From Eledone cirrhosa (Eukaryota): a stretch of 64,000 bases of DNA. The stretch spans positions 152,520,001 to 152,584,000 of the forward strand of contig OZ024742.1 of the NCBI GenBank assembly GCA_964016885.1, in the 5' to 3' direction. This document shows, in pieces, positions 1 to 23,095 of the stretch (positions within the stretch are counted from its first letter, which is position 1; every line of letters starts with the position of its first letter). Under the pieces are notes generated by a model that saw only the letters and a program-made list of their open reading frames with translations, did no database searches and had not been told where the DNA came from. The translations under genes were made by a program, and so were the position numbers.

Positions 1-143
1 AACCGGTAAAGGAACCAAATAAATATATATATTTAAAAAAGAAATAAGACTCCAGTTACATTTTCGATTTCATCTCTTTTTCTTTATACATTCACCCGTG
101 TAGGACACCTCGGTTATTTTTCATTTTGTAAAAAAACCCTCAC

Positions 144-240
<97 letters not shown>

Positions 241-367
241 CCCCCTCCCACACACACACATATATATATATGTATATATATATATACATATATACATATA
301 TACATTTCCGATTATGGGCGGAAAGTTTAAGATTCATTCGCTACAATATCAAACATGAAAATTATAT

Positions 368-875
368 ATATATAAATATAAGCAAAGCGGTAAGTTCTCC
401 TGATAACCGCTAACGAGAGAGAAACAGGACTGTCGATTATCCCCTTTTTTTTGCCGAGAATAAGAAAGTGTCATAGTTACTACTTCAAAATGCAGAGCGA
501 ATGGTCTTCAAAATGTTTTTAATTAAACATACAGTATATTATCAAATATACTATTCATACATTTATATATACATCGCTATTTCTGAGCAGCAATACTAAT
601 ACCTACAGTAACATTCGCCGGACCGGCAAGCACTCTGTTTAATCAGCTCTTAAATAACTGGAATTCTATAAGAATCCAACTTCTATAATTTCTCTGCACA
701 AGCAAAGGATTAAGTAGCCTTGATAACCGCTAACGAGAGAAACAGAACTGTCGATTACTCCCCTTTGTTTCTGCCGAGAATAAGTAATTGACATAGTCAC
801 TACTATAAAATTCATAGCGAATGGTCTTCAAATGTTTTTACTCAAACACGGTATGTTATCAAATATACTATATAT
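368..875 (+). repeat. Two ~320-bp-period direct repeats, each with a decayed hammerhead motif (PLE pseudo-LTR or retrozyme-like)
   Basis: tgataaccgctaacgagaga..gaaacagRactgtcgatta..ccccttt..gccgagaataag..atggtcttcaaa occurs at ~400-570 and ~720-875. The core reads (C/T)TGATAA...GAAA-cag-NN-ctg-TC. Confidence 0.6.
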
Positions 876-876
876 G

Positions 877-927
<51 letters not shown>

Positions 928-928
928 A

Positions 929-1076
<148 letters not shown>

Positions 1077-2519
1077 CTATTAATGCTTCGTGGTGAAATT
1101 CCTGTCTTTAATGCATTCGAAACTATAGTGATCACCAGAAGTAAGCGGATGAGCGTGAATTGTCCTTGTGTTTGTTTCTTCCGTGTTTTCATACACGTTT
1201 TTAAAATAACATATAATAATATATAACCACTTTGAGGTTTAATATTTGTTTCATTAGACGTAAACATATATGCTTCACTTGTCAGCTGAGATAACAAAAC
1301 TATATATATAATGTGAAGCTTCATACAGAAATTTACATTATATTTCTAGTTATCCTATCACACAATAAGGCACACGTTTTGCTCAAAATGATACACACAC
1401 ATATATATATATTGTACTGTATATATACACATACCCACATGCACACTCACTCTGTCTCTCTCCCACACATACACACACACATATATATATATATATATGT
1501 ATAGTATATAAATGTAGAAAATGTCTTCCAGCTTTAACAATGAGAATCAGGTTGAGGAGGATATGCATAGGAATATGTATTTCTAAGATTGTGCCAGGGT
1601 TTGAAATAATATAGCGTTTCAAAAGATGAGAATATAGGAGGAACGCTGCCATGCGTCAACACACGATAGGTACTTCTAAAATTTACGATATTCAGGAACA
1701 AAAATGTCAAGGTATTATAACTTATGGATGATAAAGAAATTCAAAAAAATATCACAAGTTTCAGAAGAAGATTATTCGTTATTTAAATGATTTAGGGTAG
1801 AACGATCCAGAAATATTCCAATTTCAAAGCCAATACTCATTGAATAGCAAGTCTCTCCAAGTTATGTATATTACTGAGATTTACCCTTTTCTGGTTGAAT
1901 GTTTAGAAAATCTAAAATACGACATGGCATTCGTAAACGTAATGCAACCGATAGAAAGAAGTCCAAATAGTTTGAGGTCAATGAGCAATAAATGATATAA
2001 TTCTGTCGTATATCGTAACTTGCTTGGAAAGAAGTCTCTAAAAGTGTGTCTCTGTATCTAGAATTTGTATAACATAGCAATGAATATTATGCTCCTGCTC
2101 TAGTGTATATTTACATTACGAAGAACCATTTTAAAAAGAGACATTTACTGATGTTTCTGATGATTTTGGTCTTGGTGATGTTGATGATGGTAATGATAAT
2201 GATGATGTTGATCATGATGTTGATAATGATGATGATGATGATGACGACGACGACGACGACGATAATGATGAGGATAACGAGTTAAGTATAATTTGAGGGA
2301 GGCGATAAGGCAAACGTACAGTTATATATTTTACACGCAGCATTAATTTACTTGTTTCCGTAACAACCATACCATCCACTCTGTCTGTATGCCAGTCCTG
2401 TTTGGCTGTGTGACTCACTATGCCTATCTTTTTCTTCCCCACCTGTTAAAACTTATTAGATAACCTGCCACAGACTAGGTTCCATGGTTCCAAGATAGAC
2501 TAATAGTACTATATATTTA

Positions 2520-3140
2520 CATGTGTGTATGTATGTATGTATGTATGTTGGTGCTACTGGTAACATGTATCCCAGTACAACCTGTCTCATGGTCGGGTCG
2601 TTGGCGACCAAACTGGCAACCCCACCAAGGTTTCTTGGTGAGGAGGGTGACTTTGGACATCCTTCAGGACTAAAAACAAAATCTGTCAAAGGGCAAAGTG
2701 CTCTTAAGAGTCAATGGCCATCCAAAATCACCAGGAGATATAACCCCTTAGCCTTTGTCAAGCCAGAATTCTAGGAGAAGGAAAACTCTGATATAACACC
2801 TGCAATCCTGATGGTATCCAATTATGTTGACTTGTTCTTCTTTTTGGTAAATGTCATCTTGGTTAAGAGAGTGGGACTGGCTTTGTACAGTGACTTTGCT
2901 CACTATAAAAGCTTCACGGCACAGGCATTGTTTTGTATCTGGAGATGTCTCTGCACTTGTCGTCACATGGTACCATGGGTCCAGCACTATGTGTCAATAA
3001 TTGTCACAAGTGTAGTGTTTGTACCAGAGTTTTCAAGTCGCTGGCTGGACTAAAATGTCACACTCGTTCAGCGCATCGGTAGGGGTTCAACTACATGGAT
3101 ATAAAGTAGTGGCCGTACTTGAAAACGAGTTGGCAGCCAC
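2520..3140 (-). mobile_element. Probable decayed non-LTR retroelement 3' fragment ending in a (CATA)n tail
   Basis: Non-repetitive, higher-GC block whose minus strand runs into (CATA)n at ~2525-2548. No recognisable protein motif, so the family is unassigned. Confidence 0.25.
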
Positions 3141-3255
3141 CATGTATGTATGCATGTCTATGTGTGTGTGTGTGTGTATCTGTGCGTGCGTGTCTATGTT
3201 TGCGTGTGTATGTGTGTATGTACGCATCCCTCTCGCTTTTACTCTCTCCCTTTCG

Positions 3256-3310
<55 letters not shown>

Positions 3311-3497
3311 ATCAAAAGATGGTTAAAAGAGTTCCATGTATTTTATTATGCGCATTTCAAAAACAAATATCATCATGCAATAACATTTGTGTTTTCATCA
3401 GATAAAATAGGAAGACATGTTATGAAGGTTAAAAACACTTGTGGATAGTGCAGTTTTAAATCAACATATCATATATATATATATAAATCAACATATC

Positions 3498-3532
<35 letters not shown>

Positions 3533-3693
3533 GGAACAAGTAAGACCCCATATATATATATGTATATATATATTTAAAGGTTAGACAAGGTTCAATGAAT
3601 AAATAAAAACATGAGTTTTACAATAGATTGGAAGCACTCAACAGTTGGTTTTCCGGAAATATTAATATTAATATATATATATATTTAATATAT

Positions 3694-9259
<5,566 letters not shown>

Positions 9260-9261
9260 GA

Positions 9262-13133
<3,872 letters not shown>

Positions 13134-13263
13134 TTCGTTTGAATTCATATGACTCCAGTTACTCAGTGAATTAACAACCCAACAAGGAATTGTGCATATC
13201 AGAGTATTGACAATATTATACACCTAAACAACATATGTACTTGTCTATACCATACTAATTCAA

Positions 13264-13318
13264 ACTGCCTGAAGAGGTCACAGCCAAAGATGGCTGTCAC
13301 TGAAATATATATAGCAGT
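13264..13318 (+). ncRNA. Type I minimal hammerhead ribozyme (5' pLTR)
   Basis: actgc CTGAAGA [stem II cagcca/tggctg] GAAA tatata TA gcagt; palindromic stem III, AUA cleavage triplet. Confidence 0.85.
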
Positions 13319-13520
13319 AATAAACGAAGCTAAATTTTAATCATTTGACTTTTATTTAACTTTATTTTACACTACTCCGGAGTAACCAAACCAACCTGCG
13401 CACTTCGTCGACTGCTCCAGCCTGCATACTGAGGTGTTGGTATACAACCAACATATACTCAAAATCTATCTAGCTCCCACACGGGTTGAGCGCTTCAAAC
13501 AGTAGCGGACCTAAGTCACT

Positions 13521-16198
13521 ATGGATAAACTGGCAACCTTAGCGTCACTGAAGGACATCCCCTACCTGATAAACGAGAATACACCAGTGATCTCATCAAG
13601 AGTACGGACTCCCTCATCCGTAGGATGAGATGGAAGGCGTTCCACTTCGAAAGAGAAACGCAGAAAACTACCAACACAGAAAACATGGAGTACCTTTTTC
13701 GATCAAGGAGAAATCCCCCCCCACAACAGACTAACGGAGGAGTTTGAAAACGAGATGATTAACATCATATCCAACCTCAAATTCTCCGGAAACCCAACCA
13801 GAAGTCAGGAGTACCTCAGACACCTGAGAAACCGGATGACAGAACTTAAAGGGACAACTGGAATACTTGTCCATGCTGACAAAACAAACAACCTCTACAA
13901 CATGAACACTGAACTGTACAATAAGCTAATCCTCAGGGAACTGAGGAAGTGCTACAAAAAAACACCTGGATTTACCCTGGATGAGATCAATGCCGCAGCT
14001 TACAGGAATATATCCAGAATCGGCATAGAGGACAGGACGGCCCCATACCAACCAAGGGAGCCGCGGATTACCCTTAAAAACCACAAGTCAAACTTTGAGT
14101 CCGACCTCCCTGTCAGACTAATAGCTGCCTCTAGATGTGACCTAGGGATCGTCAGTAAAATAATACTGGATAGGATTTTGCCCAAGCTTGGGAAGAAAAC
14201 CAAATTACAGCAATGGTCATGCACGAGAGAAGTAATAGAATGGTTCAAAATACTGCATGAGAAAAGTAGGACCAGCTTTATACAACTGGACATCGCAAGC
14301 TACTACTCCTCAATCTCACCCATAGTACTTAATAAGGCCCTATTTTTAGCGATGTCTAATACGGACCTAACCCGAGAGGAGGTGAGCATCATCCACGCCG
14401 CAAGAAAGACTTTAATCCGCTTCGATGGGGACCTTTAGACCAGGATTGATTGGCCAAATAACTTTGACATCACGATGGGCTCCAGCGACTCAGCGCAGGT
14501 AACGGAGCTGGTTGGGCTCTACCTGCTGAAGCAGATAAAAGATGAAATCCCCTGCCTGGGCGGCGGACTATACCGTGACGATACTCTATTCACAGTACAT
14601 GACCACAGCACCAATATGTTGGAGGGTATGAGGAGGCGTATTCGCCATTTCTTTAAGAACTAGGGGCTCAGCATAGAAATAGACCCAAATAGGAAGGTAG
14701 TTAACTTCCTAGACACCACCCTAAACCTGAACACCGAGCAATACTACCCCTACCACAAGCCCAATGAGAAACTCGTATATGTTAACGCCAAATCAAACCA
14801 CCCTAGATCCATAACTAAGGCAGTGGTGAAGAGCGTCTCGGACAGGATCTCCAGCCTGTCCGCAAGTAAGGAAATATTCAACAACCTCGCGGAATATTAC
14901 AACGCAGCTCTAAAGAAGGCGGCACATGGACAAAATATAACATATAGTCCGAAAAGCCGGGAGGTGGATAGCCCAACAGACACCCACAACCGCGTTGCCA
15001 GAGGGGGGAGGGCGAACCCTAACAATACAGGCAGAGCAGAATCAAATAGGCACCATGTACCAGACACCACCACACGGGCGGTGGGGACTAGTGCGCTTGA
15101 CCACGAGATGGAGCACAATATGAGTAGCAGTCTCAGGCGTGACGCTAACTACCCCAGGACGGACGACCCCAACCGCAGGACGCGTGGTGGGGAGGAAACG
15201 GGCGACCACCCCACGATGGATCTCCCGGGGCGGACAACAACCACGCCACAAATCCGGGCCGCGAAGATAACAAAAATTATAGAGCCCAAAAGGGAAGCAA
15301 CAGTGCGGAAACCACCAGCAACCCAACAAATCTCCAACAAATCACGAAGCCCCCGACCCACACATATAGGAGGAGACACCGACAAATCACGTGGTACAAC
15401 CCACCCTACTCAGCGGCCCTAAAGAAAAGCTTGGCGCGATTATTCTTTGGAGCACTTGACAAATGCTTCCCGAGGGACCGCAGATACCACAGGATCTTCA
15501 ACAGACACACTGTGAAGCTTTCGTATTCCACCACGAGAAATTTGGCCCAACACATTGCTAGCATCAACAGAAGTAGGCTTAAAAACCACACACAACCAGA
15601 AGATGGCAATACAAACACTCAGCAGAACCATGTGAAAGGAGGGAAGGGGGGACCCAGAGCCCACCCAAGAAACACAAACAGACCCAAGGACCCCCCACCG
15701 AGCATGGGGGAGGACCAACATGTAACACATAATGAGAACCCTAATCTAGGCAGGCAGAGGTCGACCACCCTCTGCAACTGCAGAAACCCCGAATCATGCC
15801 CTCTTGGTAATGAATGTCTCAAGAAGAACCTAGTGTACGTTTGTAGGGTTAAAACCCCCAACTCCGAACACCTCTACATAGGAGCCACATCAACGAGCTT
15901 TAAGGACCGCTGGTACAACCATCGCCATTCATTCAAGAAGGAGGCCAAAAGGAAAAGCACAGCTCTCTCCGACCTGATCTGGAAGCTTAAGCTGGACAGG
16001 ACCCCATACTCTCTGGCGTGGTACATAATCAGGAAAGTACCACCCGATAAAGGGGGATCTTGCATATGCAAACTATGCCTGTACGAGACCCTCGAGATAC
16101 TAAGAGGTGGAAGCGGCCTGATAAACCTCAGAACCGACTTCTTCGGGACATGCAGACACCTTAGAGCCGGGACCTTTCTCAAGATATATGGACAGTAG
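13521..16198 (+). pseudogene. Hydra-type PLE RT + GIY-YIG endonuclease, disrupted
   Basis: Motifs: SLKDIP, LIRRMRWKA, HADKTNNLY, QLDIASYYSSI, FDITMGSSDSAQ, GLYRDD, VNFLD, SNHP, WYNPPYS, IFNRHTVKLSYS, CxCx5Cx5C linker, LVY..YIG, CKLC. TAG stops at 14436 and 14661, plus frameshifts. Confidence 0.92.
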
Positions 16199-16686
16199 CA
16201 ACACAAGAAGATGTGAACTCCCCTCAAGCTATAGGGACTTCTACAGAACATGAAAACATCTCTCGGCCAGACCTCCCTCAAGCTATATGGGCAATAACAA
16301 CACCTTAGGTCGTGAACTCCCCTCAAGCCACAGGGAACAACCCAGGCGGAGCAGACACCATGATAGCCTAGAGATAGAATCGGACACAGCCATAATAATT
16401 TGGCCAACATCTATAACACAAACACTTTTAATTTACCAGATTTCTGACTTTCAAGTTCCAATCTTAAATCATGATTTCGCTTTATTAATTTGTTATTTGT
16501 TTTCTGCCCTCTTCACTGTATCACCTTATATTTATTTTAAGTTGAGATAGATTATAACACAAACACATTGAGTTTGAATATCTCATCTTAACATCTTGTC
16601 TCATACCAATCTATCCAACATATTCTGACCTTGAGATTGGTTATAGCACACACAGACACACTTTATCCTACATTATTTCTCACTTC

Positions 16687-16869
16687 GGTGGATTGGCAGT
16701 ATCGGTAGAGGGTCGGACGCCATGCTTTAACGCATGGAGTTATGGCCCTTGCCATTCTGAGTTCAAATCCCGCCGTGGTTAACTTTGCCTTTCATCCTTA
16801 TGGGGTCGATAAAATAAAGTACCAGTAATACACTGGATAATTGCTGGCCTTGTGCTAAAAGTAGAAACA
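16687..16869 (+). mobile_element. tRNA-derived SINE (family A) with 15-bp TSD
   Basis: A-box-like tggcagtatcgg, B-box-like gagttcaaatcc, central gcctttcatcc..ggggtcgataaaataaagtaccag (Meta-domain-like). TSD attatttctcacttc at 16672-16686 and 16870-16884. Empty site in the left PLE arm at ~11150. Confidence 0.92.
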
Positions 16870-17619
16870 ATTATTTCTCACTTCTCCATATGCATTTTCA
16901 TTACTTTTTCACCAATCTCTCATTTATTCTTTATACTTTATTCTCTATTTATTTATTTATTATCAAATTACACAAATTATATTAATTATTTTATTATATT
17001 ATTTATTTATTTTCTGTTTTCTTCATTTATTGCCTTATATTTCTTCATATACATGGAATATCCCCCCCCCCCCTACACATACACACCACCACCACCACCA
17101 CCACTACGAAGGTGGCGGGAGGGATGAAGAAAAAACACAAACTGGATACTGCTAAATTGTATGCAGCAGCAAGATATAAGCTGACCACTACACCAACAAC
17201 AATACCAAAATAATGGTGGAGGTCAAATGTACTGAACAATAGCAGGCAAAAACACTACAGGGAGCCTCACCTAAGAAAGAATTCTATAGACTTCTGACTG
17301 AGGAATGCTTTCAGAACTGACCAATGGGATGTTTGACACTTTTTGTCTTATTTTGTTACTTTAACACCTTGTCCCTTCTACTATTTTATCAATTTCTAAG
17401 CTAACTCCAACAATAACAACACTTAGAATGAGGAATGTTCTAATAACTGACCAATGAGAGGAGAAGGGGACCTTTGACACTGAAATTCGTTTGTTTGAAT
17501 TCATATGACTCCAGTTCCTCAGTGAATTAACAACCCAACAAGGAACTGGGCATATCAGAGTATTGACAATATTATACACCTAAACAACATATGTACTTGT
17601 CTATACCATACTAATTCAA

Positions 17620-17674
17620 ACTGCCTGAAGAGGTCACAGCCAAAGATGGCTGTCACTGAAATATATATAGCAGT
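17620..17674 (+). ncRNA. Type I minimal hammerhead ribozyme (3' pLTR)
   Basis: Identical to 13264-13318. Confidence 0.85.
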
Positions 17675-17803
17675 AATAAACGAAGCTAAATTTTAATCAT
17701 TTGACTTTTATTTAACTTATATATATATCTGTAGGCATGCATATATAGATGTATGTATGCATATATATATATATATATACTTGTATATACATATGTGTAT
17801 ATA

Positions 17804-18800
17804 CACTCGTGTTCAAACTAAATGAGCAAAGGCAATAGTATAAGAAAAATAGATATGACGTGTTTTGGGATGTAATAAGTGAATATTAATGGCTAGTTTT
17901 TATTTTTCAGATTAATAACATTACATCATATAATAGTTTCTAATTTAAAATGACTCCGCGAAGAAAAGGAAAACATCTTGGTGAGAAAACAAAAAACAGA
18001 ATTGCAGGATTAAGGCAGGAAAACTTGACTTACAAGGACATTTTGATCTTCTAAAGAAAGAAAATCTTGAAACATATCTGTCAACTGTGAAGCGAATTGG
18101 TCTAAGATAAGAAAAAAAAAAGCTTCTGTATCAAGGAAATCAGGGTCTGGTCGCCCTAGAGCTTCCACAGGCTGAAAATGACTGTTTTGAAATATCGGAA
18201 GAAAACGTTTGCTGATCATTCTAAACAATTTAAAACAACAAATGGGAACTCACTTTCTAGAATTACAATATCTAGACGTATGAAAGAAATGGGATTCACT
18301 TCAAAAATATGTGCAAACAAACCCTTGCTAACCAAGAAGAACATCAATGATAGAAAGACATTTGCTTCCTATTATGACAAGAAAGATGCAGAGTGGTTTA
18401 GTAACGATTTTGTCTTTCTAGTTATGCCCCCGAACGCTGCATTACAAGATCAGATGAAAGATTTCTACCAGGTTGTATCAAAAGAACCGTGAAGCTTGGT
18501 AACGGAGGAATAATGGTGTGGGGAGCCTTTACTGCTGCAGGTGTTGGCAGACTGATACGGTATGATAAGTCAATAAATGCAAAAAGTTCATTAAAATACT
18601 AGAAAAAGGGCTTCTGTCAAATATACAGCAGCTGGGAATATCACAAAACATGATATTTCAACAGGACAATGCTCCTGCACACACGGCTAAGATAACTAAA
18701 AATGGTTGGCTGATCATTCAATTGATGTAATGTTTTGGCCTGGCCAAAGCCCTGATTTAAATCCAATTGAGAATATTTGAGCTATTATTTCTCGTTTATT
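17804..18800 (+). mobile_element. Tc1-family DNA transposon, 3'-truncated, transposase pseudogene (from ATG 17950)
   Basis: TA|cactcgtgttcaaa left end. Motifs SGRPR, TISRRMKEMG..KPLLT, GGIMVWG, FQQDNAPAH, WPGQSPDLNPIEN, spread over several frames. Confidence 0.88.
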
Positions 18801-19795
18801 ACCAGGGAATATATTTGTCCATGTTTAACCGACACAAAGTAAAATTAGGATACTCCTGCGCTAAGAACATGAAGGACTACTTCACCAACAGCCATAAGAG
18901 CAACACCCCACCAGGGTGCTCTTGCCGTAAACCCGAATCTTCTCCCCTTCAACAGCAATGCAACACACCCGCTGTAGTTTATGAAGCTGTGGTCACTTCC
19001 AACCGACCAAATCAACCACAGGAGGTCAAATCCTATGTGGGTATGGCGGAGGGCCGATTTAAGGAACACTTCCTGAACCACCAGTCGACCTTTAGGTACC
19101 CTGACAGACGTTCATCCACGAAACTCGTTAGCCACGTATAGTCCCTCAAGGACGCAAGTATAGACTACTCCATTCAATGAAACGCCATCACTAAGTCCAA
19201 GCCATACGCAAGGGGCAATTCGTCGTTAGGACTATGTATTGATGAACGAATAAATATTCTAAAGTGATTACGCAATAGTGATAGCCTAAACCAAGAAATG
19301 AATTATTCACACGTTGTCCACACGTCTGGAAACACCTCTTAGATAACTACAAAGCTCCGGATTGAATTACAATAACATCCTAATTTTCTTATCAACTAGA
19401 AACTTTCGCACTTTCGCAGTTATCTCCCTTAGTCCTCTCGCACGGAATTTAGTATTGCCTGGGTGAAGTGTTCGTTTCTGCGCATGCGCGTTCGTACGGT
19501 TGTGTTGCTGTTCCGTAAAATCATGCCCATTACAGGCTGGGGATCCGGTAAGGTGAAACTATTGTTCTCGGTATATATATATATTACCCTCAATAAAATA
19601 TTATCTCCACTATCCAGGAAGCTCCACCCGTTAAGGTTGTCTTTTTTCCGGTTATGTCAATATTTATTTATAAAACAAATCTGTATTTTATCTGATGAAA
19701 GCGCACCATAATTTGCCCTGGTTGCCCTTGAAATATATATAATAAAATAAATATGGTTTTATAAATATAGTTTCCATTTATTAATATTTTGTATA
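18801..19795 (+). mobile_element. 5'-truncated Hydra-type PLE (second family): GIY-YIG remnant, 3' UTR and hammerhead
   Basis: FNRHKVKLGYSC, CSCRKPESSPLQQQC, VVY..SYVG, FKEHFLNH, STKLVSHV. Confidence 0.85.
19684..19749 (+). ncRNA. Type I hammerhead ribozyme
   Basis: tattttat CTGATGA aag.gcacca..tggttgccctt GAAA tatata TA ataaaata; perfect 8-bp stem I. Confidence 0.85.
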
Positions 19796-19921
19796 TATAT
19801 ATGTTAAAATGATAGATTAAAGTTTAAGCAAAGAATCGCTGCTTTCAACCTTAACGGGATCTTCTGAAACTAAAATAATAAATCTGTGAACGCAGAAGTA
19901 AATATTTCGAAAAACGTTACA

Positions 19922-19995
<74 letters not shown>

Positions 19996-20189
19996 ACGCT
20001 ATATATACATATACACACACATACACCGCATCATAATGACGTAATGCAGACAGCCAGGCATACAGACAGATATTATAAGGGCGCAACGTAATATCTATGT
20101 ATCTATCTAAAAAGAGAAAGACTGAGAGAGAGAAAGAGATCGCTAAATCGCCTAATGCGGCCCATAGGACATATAAAATTTGAATTTTG

Positions 20190-20336
20190 TTTTGCTAGAA
20201 CACTCAATAGGACCATAAGTATTGCATGTGTAATGTTTGAAAAGGATCAGTTGGGTGGTTCTCCAGTTTTTGTGATTGTACAGACAGAGAGACAGACAAA
20301 CACACATTCTCTGTTTTAGTAATATATTGAATAGAT
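20190..20336 (-). mobile_element. Non-autonomous Helitron (HINE-like) 5' fragment
   Basis: Minus strand starts a|TCTATtc..ctaaaa, then tgtgtgtttgtctgtc microsatellite and an actgatccttttcaaac motif, matching the Helitron 5' end near 42100-42195. Confidence 0.45.
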
Positions 20337-20875
20337 AATATACATGTGTATATATGTGTGTTAGTGGTATATTTTTCTGACACTGGGGTCCAGTATGTGT
20401 TTACAGTTAACACGCATTCTGTTCCTCAATGTTAATCTCTTTCATCCCGTGTATTATATATAACAATATTTACTGATGTTTAGGGGAAATGATTTAATGA
20501 TTCTTTATGAAACCACTACTGACGATACCATCTTCATTTACTGTATTAAGTAGTCACACTATAGACTGGAGTTGGATAATATTTAGTGTATTAATCACAC
20601 CATAGGTTAGAGGTGGGAAGCATTTAGTGTATTACCCAAACGATAGACTGGAGGTGGGTAACGTTCTTGTATAATTAAAGTGTGATGGCATCATCGAATT
20701 TCATTCTTTTCTTTTAGCTTAGGCCCTCATCTCCCGATATATGTGTTTATTACACTCTCTTTCACAACATATTGTTTCCAGAGAGCGTTTGAAAGAGTGA
20801 GCAAGAGAGAGAGGGGGGAGATAACGAGAGATAGATAGATAGAGAGAGAGAGGAGGAGAGAGATAAAGAGAGAGA

Positions 20876-21010
<135 letters not shown>

Positions 21011-21699
21011 CAGCGAGAATGAGAGAGTGTGTGCGTTTTTTAGAGAGTAGGAAAGAGGGGGATTTGAGAAAGAAAAGAAGAGAGAACAAGAAGATGAATC
21101 TACCTCAGTACTGACCTAGTGCTTTATTCATCAACTCTGTAGACCTGAAAGCTAAATTATAGCTAGATAGTATATACACTAGAAGAGAGCACAGACACAA
21201 ATACCGCAAGCCATTTTATCCGATGTAGAATTGAGTATAACCTAATAAAGCCGCAGTAAAGAATAAATAAATTAAATATGCGCAAAATGTAATTAAATTT
21301 GTTGGAAAAATGTAATTATAAATATTAAATTAAAATATATGGACGCCAATTGACCGTAAAATGACGTACTTATAATATACATTTAATAAATAAATATAAT
21401 ACCACTTAATGAACAACAATATACTTTGTATGCAAAATACAGACGTCTTCAAAAATGTCCTATTTATGTGCCGCAAAGAAGTCATCTTCTCCCCATTGCC
21501 GTAGTGTATATATAGAAACCCCCTGACTAACAACACTTATAGATAACGACAGCTGAAGCTTGATAGACACATTCTTATTGACATAAGTTAGAGATACTGA
21601 CAACTAAAGGTAACTGGGTGGTAACCTGTCGACTCGGTTGACGTGTCTGCATAACATTTCATCATGAAACACTTTAAAATATACAATCCTCCTTACTGA

Positions 21700-22242
21700 A
21701 ACACCATCATCATCATCATCTTCGTCATCATCATCATAATAATCATCATGATCATAATCACCATCTTCATTATCATTGCCAACATTATAATCACAACCCC
21801 TCCTCATCATCACCATCATCATCACCATCATCATAATCATCATCATTACCCTCACCCCCAACCCTGCCCTAACAACCAACGATGCCCCACTTCATCCTCA
21901 AACATCATCATAACCTGTATCATCCTCACCACCATCACCATCACCAATACTAACACCACCACAATCATAAACCTCCGCCCACACCACCATAAACATCACC
22001 ATCACCATCACCATTACATCTACCATCACTATCACCACGAATACCCCCCCCCCCTACCTCCACCATCAGTCATCATCTTCAGAACCAAGCATCACTACAC
22101 CACGAATACCCCCCCCCCCCCTTCATCCCTCCTCCATCAGTCATCATCTTCAGAATCAAGCGTCACTGCACCACGAACACCCCCTTCCTCCCTCCTCCAT
22201 CAGTCATCAGCTTCAGAATCTAGCATCACTAACGCCATTTAC

Positions 22243-22245
<3 letters not shown>
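21700..22245. repeat. Imperfect (CAT/CAC)n low-complexity tract with ~60-bp tandem units at 22035-22240
   Basis: Direct inspection; ccatcagtcatcatcttcagaa occurs three times. Confidence 0.85.
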
Positions 22246-22276
<31 letters not shown>

Positions 22277-22625
22277 TATTACCATTATCCCTCTTCGATA
22301 TTGAAAGTAACTTTATTCGGGTATGATATCTACTCTTCGGAAAGCTGTGCGTGACTTTCTGGACTTTCTTTAAGTATGATGGATGATTTACAGGCAGCTA
22401 CCAGCACGATCCTTGATATATGAGATGGCTTAAACATTCAGAACTAAAAAAAACAACAAAAACAACAGAACATAATAAGACACTGGACTATAGAGAGAAT
22501 ATACACAGACTTCCGGAAAATGTGTAAAAGTATCTATACTTAATCTGGTAGAAAAAAAGAAAAAAACAAAAAAAAAAACAAAAAAAAACAATAAAGAAAA
22601 ACATCTTTCAAATATACCCTGATTA

Positions 22626-22659
<34 letters not shown>

Positions 22660-23095
22660 TTATTGATGACAATGGCGATTATGATGATGACGACGACGAC
22701 GATAATGATGGTGGTGGTGTTGATGACGGCGATGGCGATGGCGATGGCGAAGATGAGGACGACGATGATGACGAAGATGACGATGATGATGATGATGATG
22801 ATGGTGATGGTGGTGGTGATGGTGATGGTGATAACGATGACGATGATGATGATGACGATGATGACGACGACGACGCCGACGACGACGACGATGATGATGA
22901 CGATGATGATGATGACGACGACGTTGAAGATGGCAATGATGTTGAAGTCAATGATGATGAAGATCAACATCATTATCATCATCACGATCATGATAATATT
23001 GTTGATGATGATGATGATGACAATGATGATATTAGTTTTGTTGCTGTTGCTGTTGATGATGAAAGCGTTGGTGATGTGGTTGGTAGTGATGATGC
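22626..23095. repeat. Compound (GAT/GAC/GGT)n trinucleotide repeat
   Basis: Direct inspection. Confidence 0.95.

Noticed and set aside
1540-2100. Possible host exon or TE coding remnant
   Set aside because: No sustained ORF, recognisable motif or clear splice-site pair.
16687-16790. tRNA gene
   Set aside because: The A/B boxes belong to a SINE head; there is no cloverleaf and it has a TSD.
21700-23095. (CAT)n tract followed by (GAT)n tract as a designed hairpin
   Set aside because: Complementarity is only that of common simple repeats; there is no unique-sequence symmetry.
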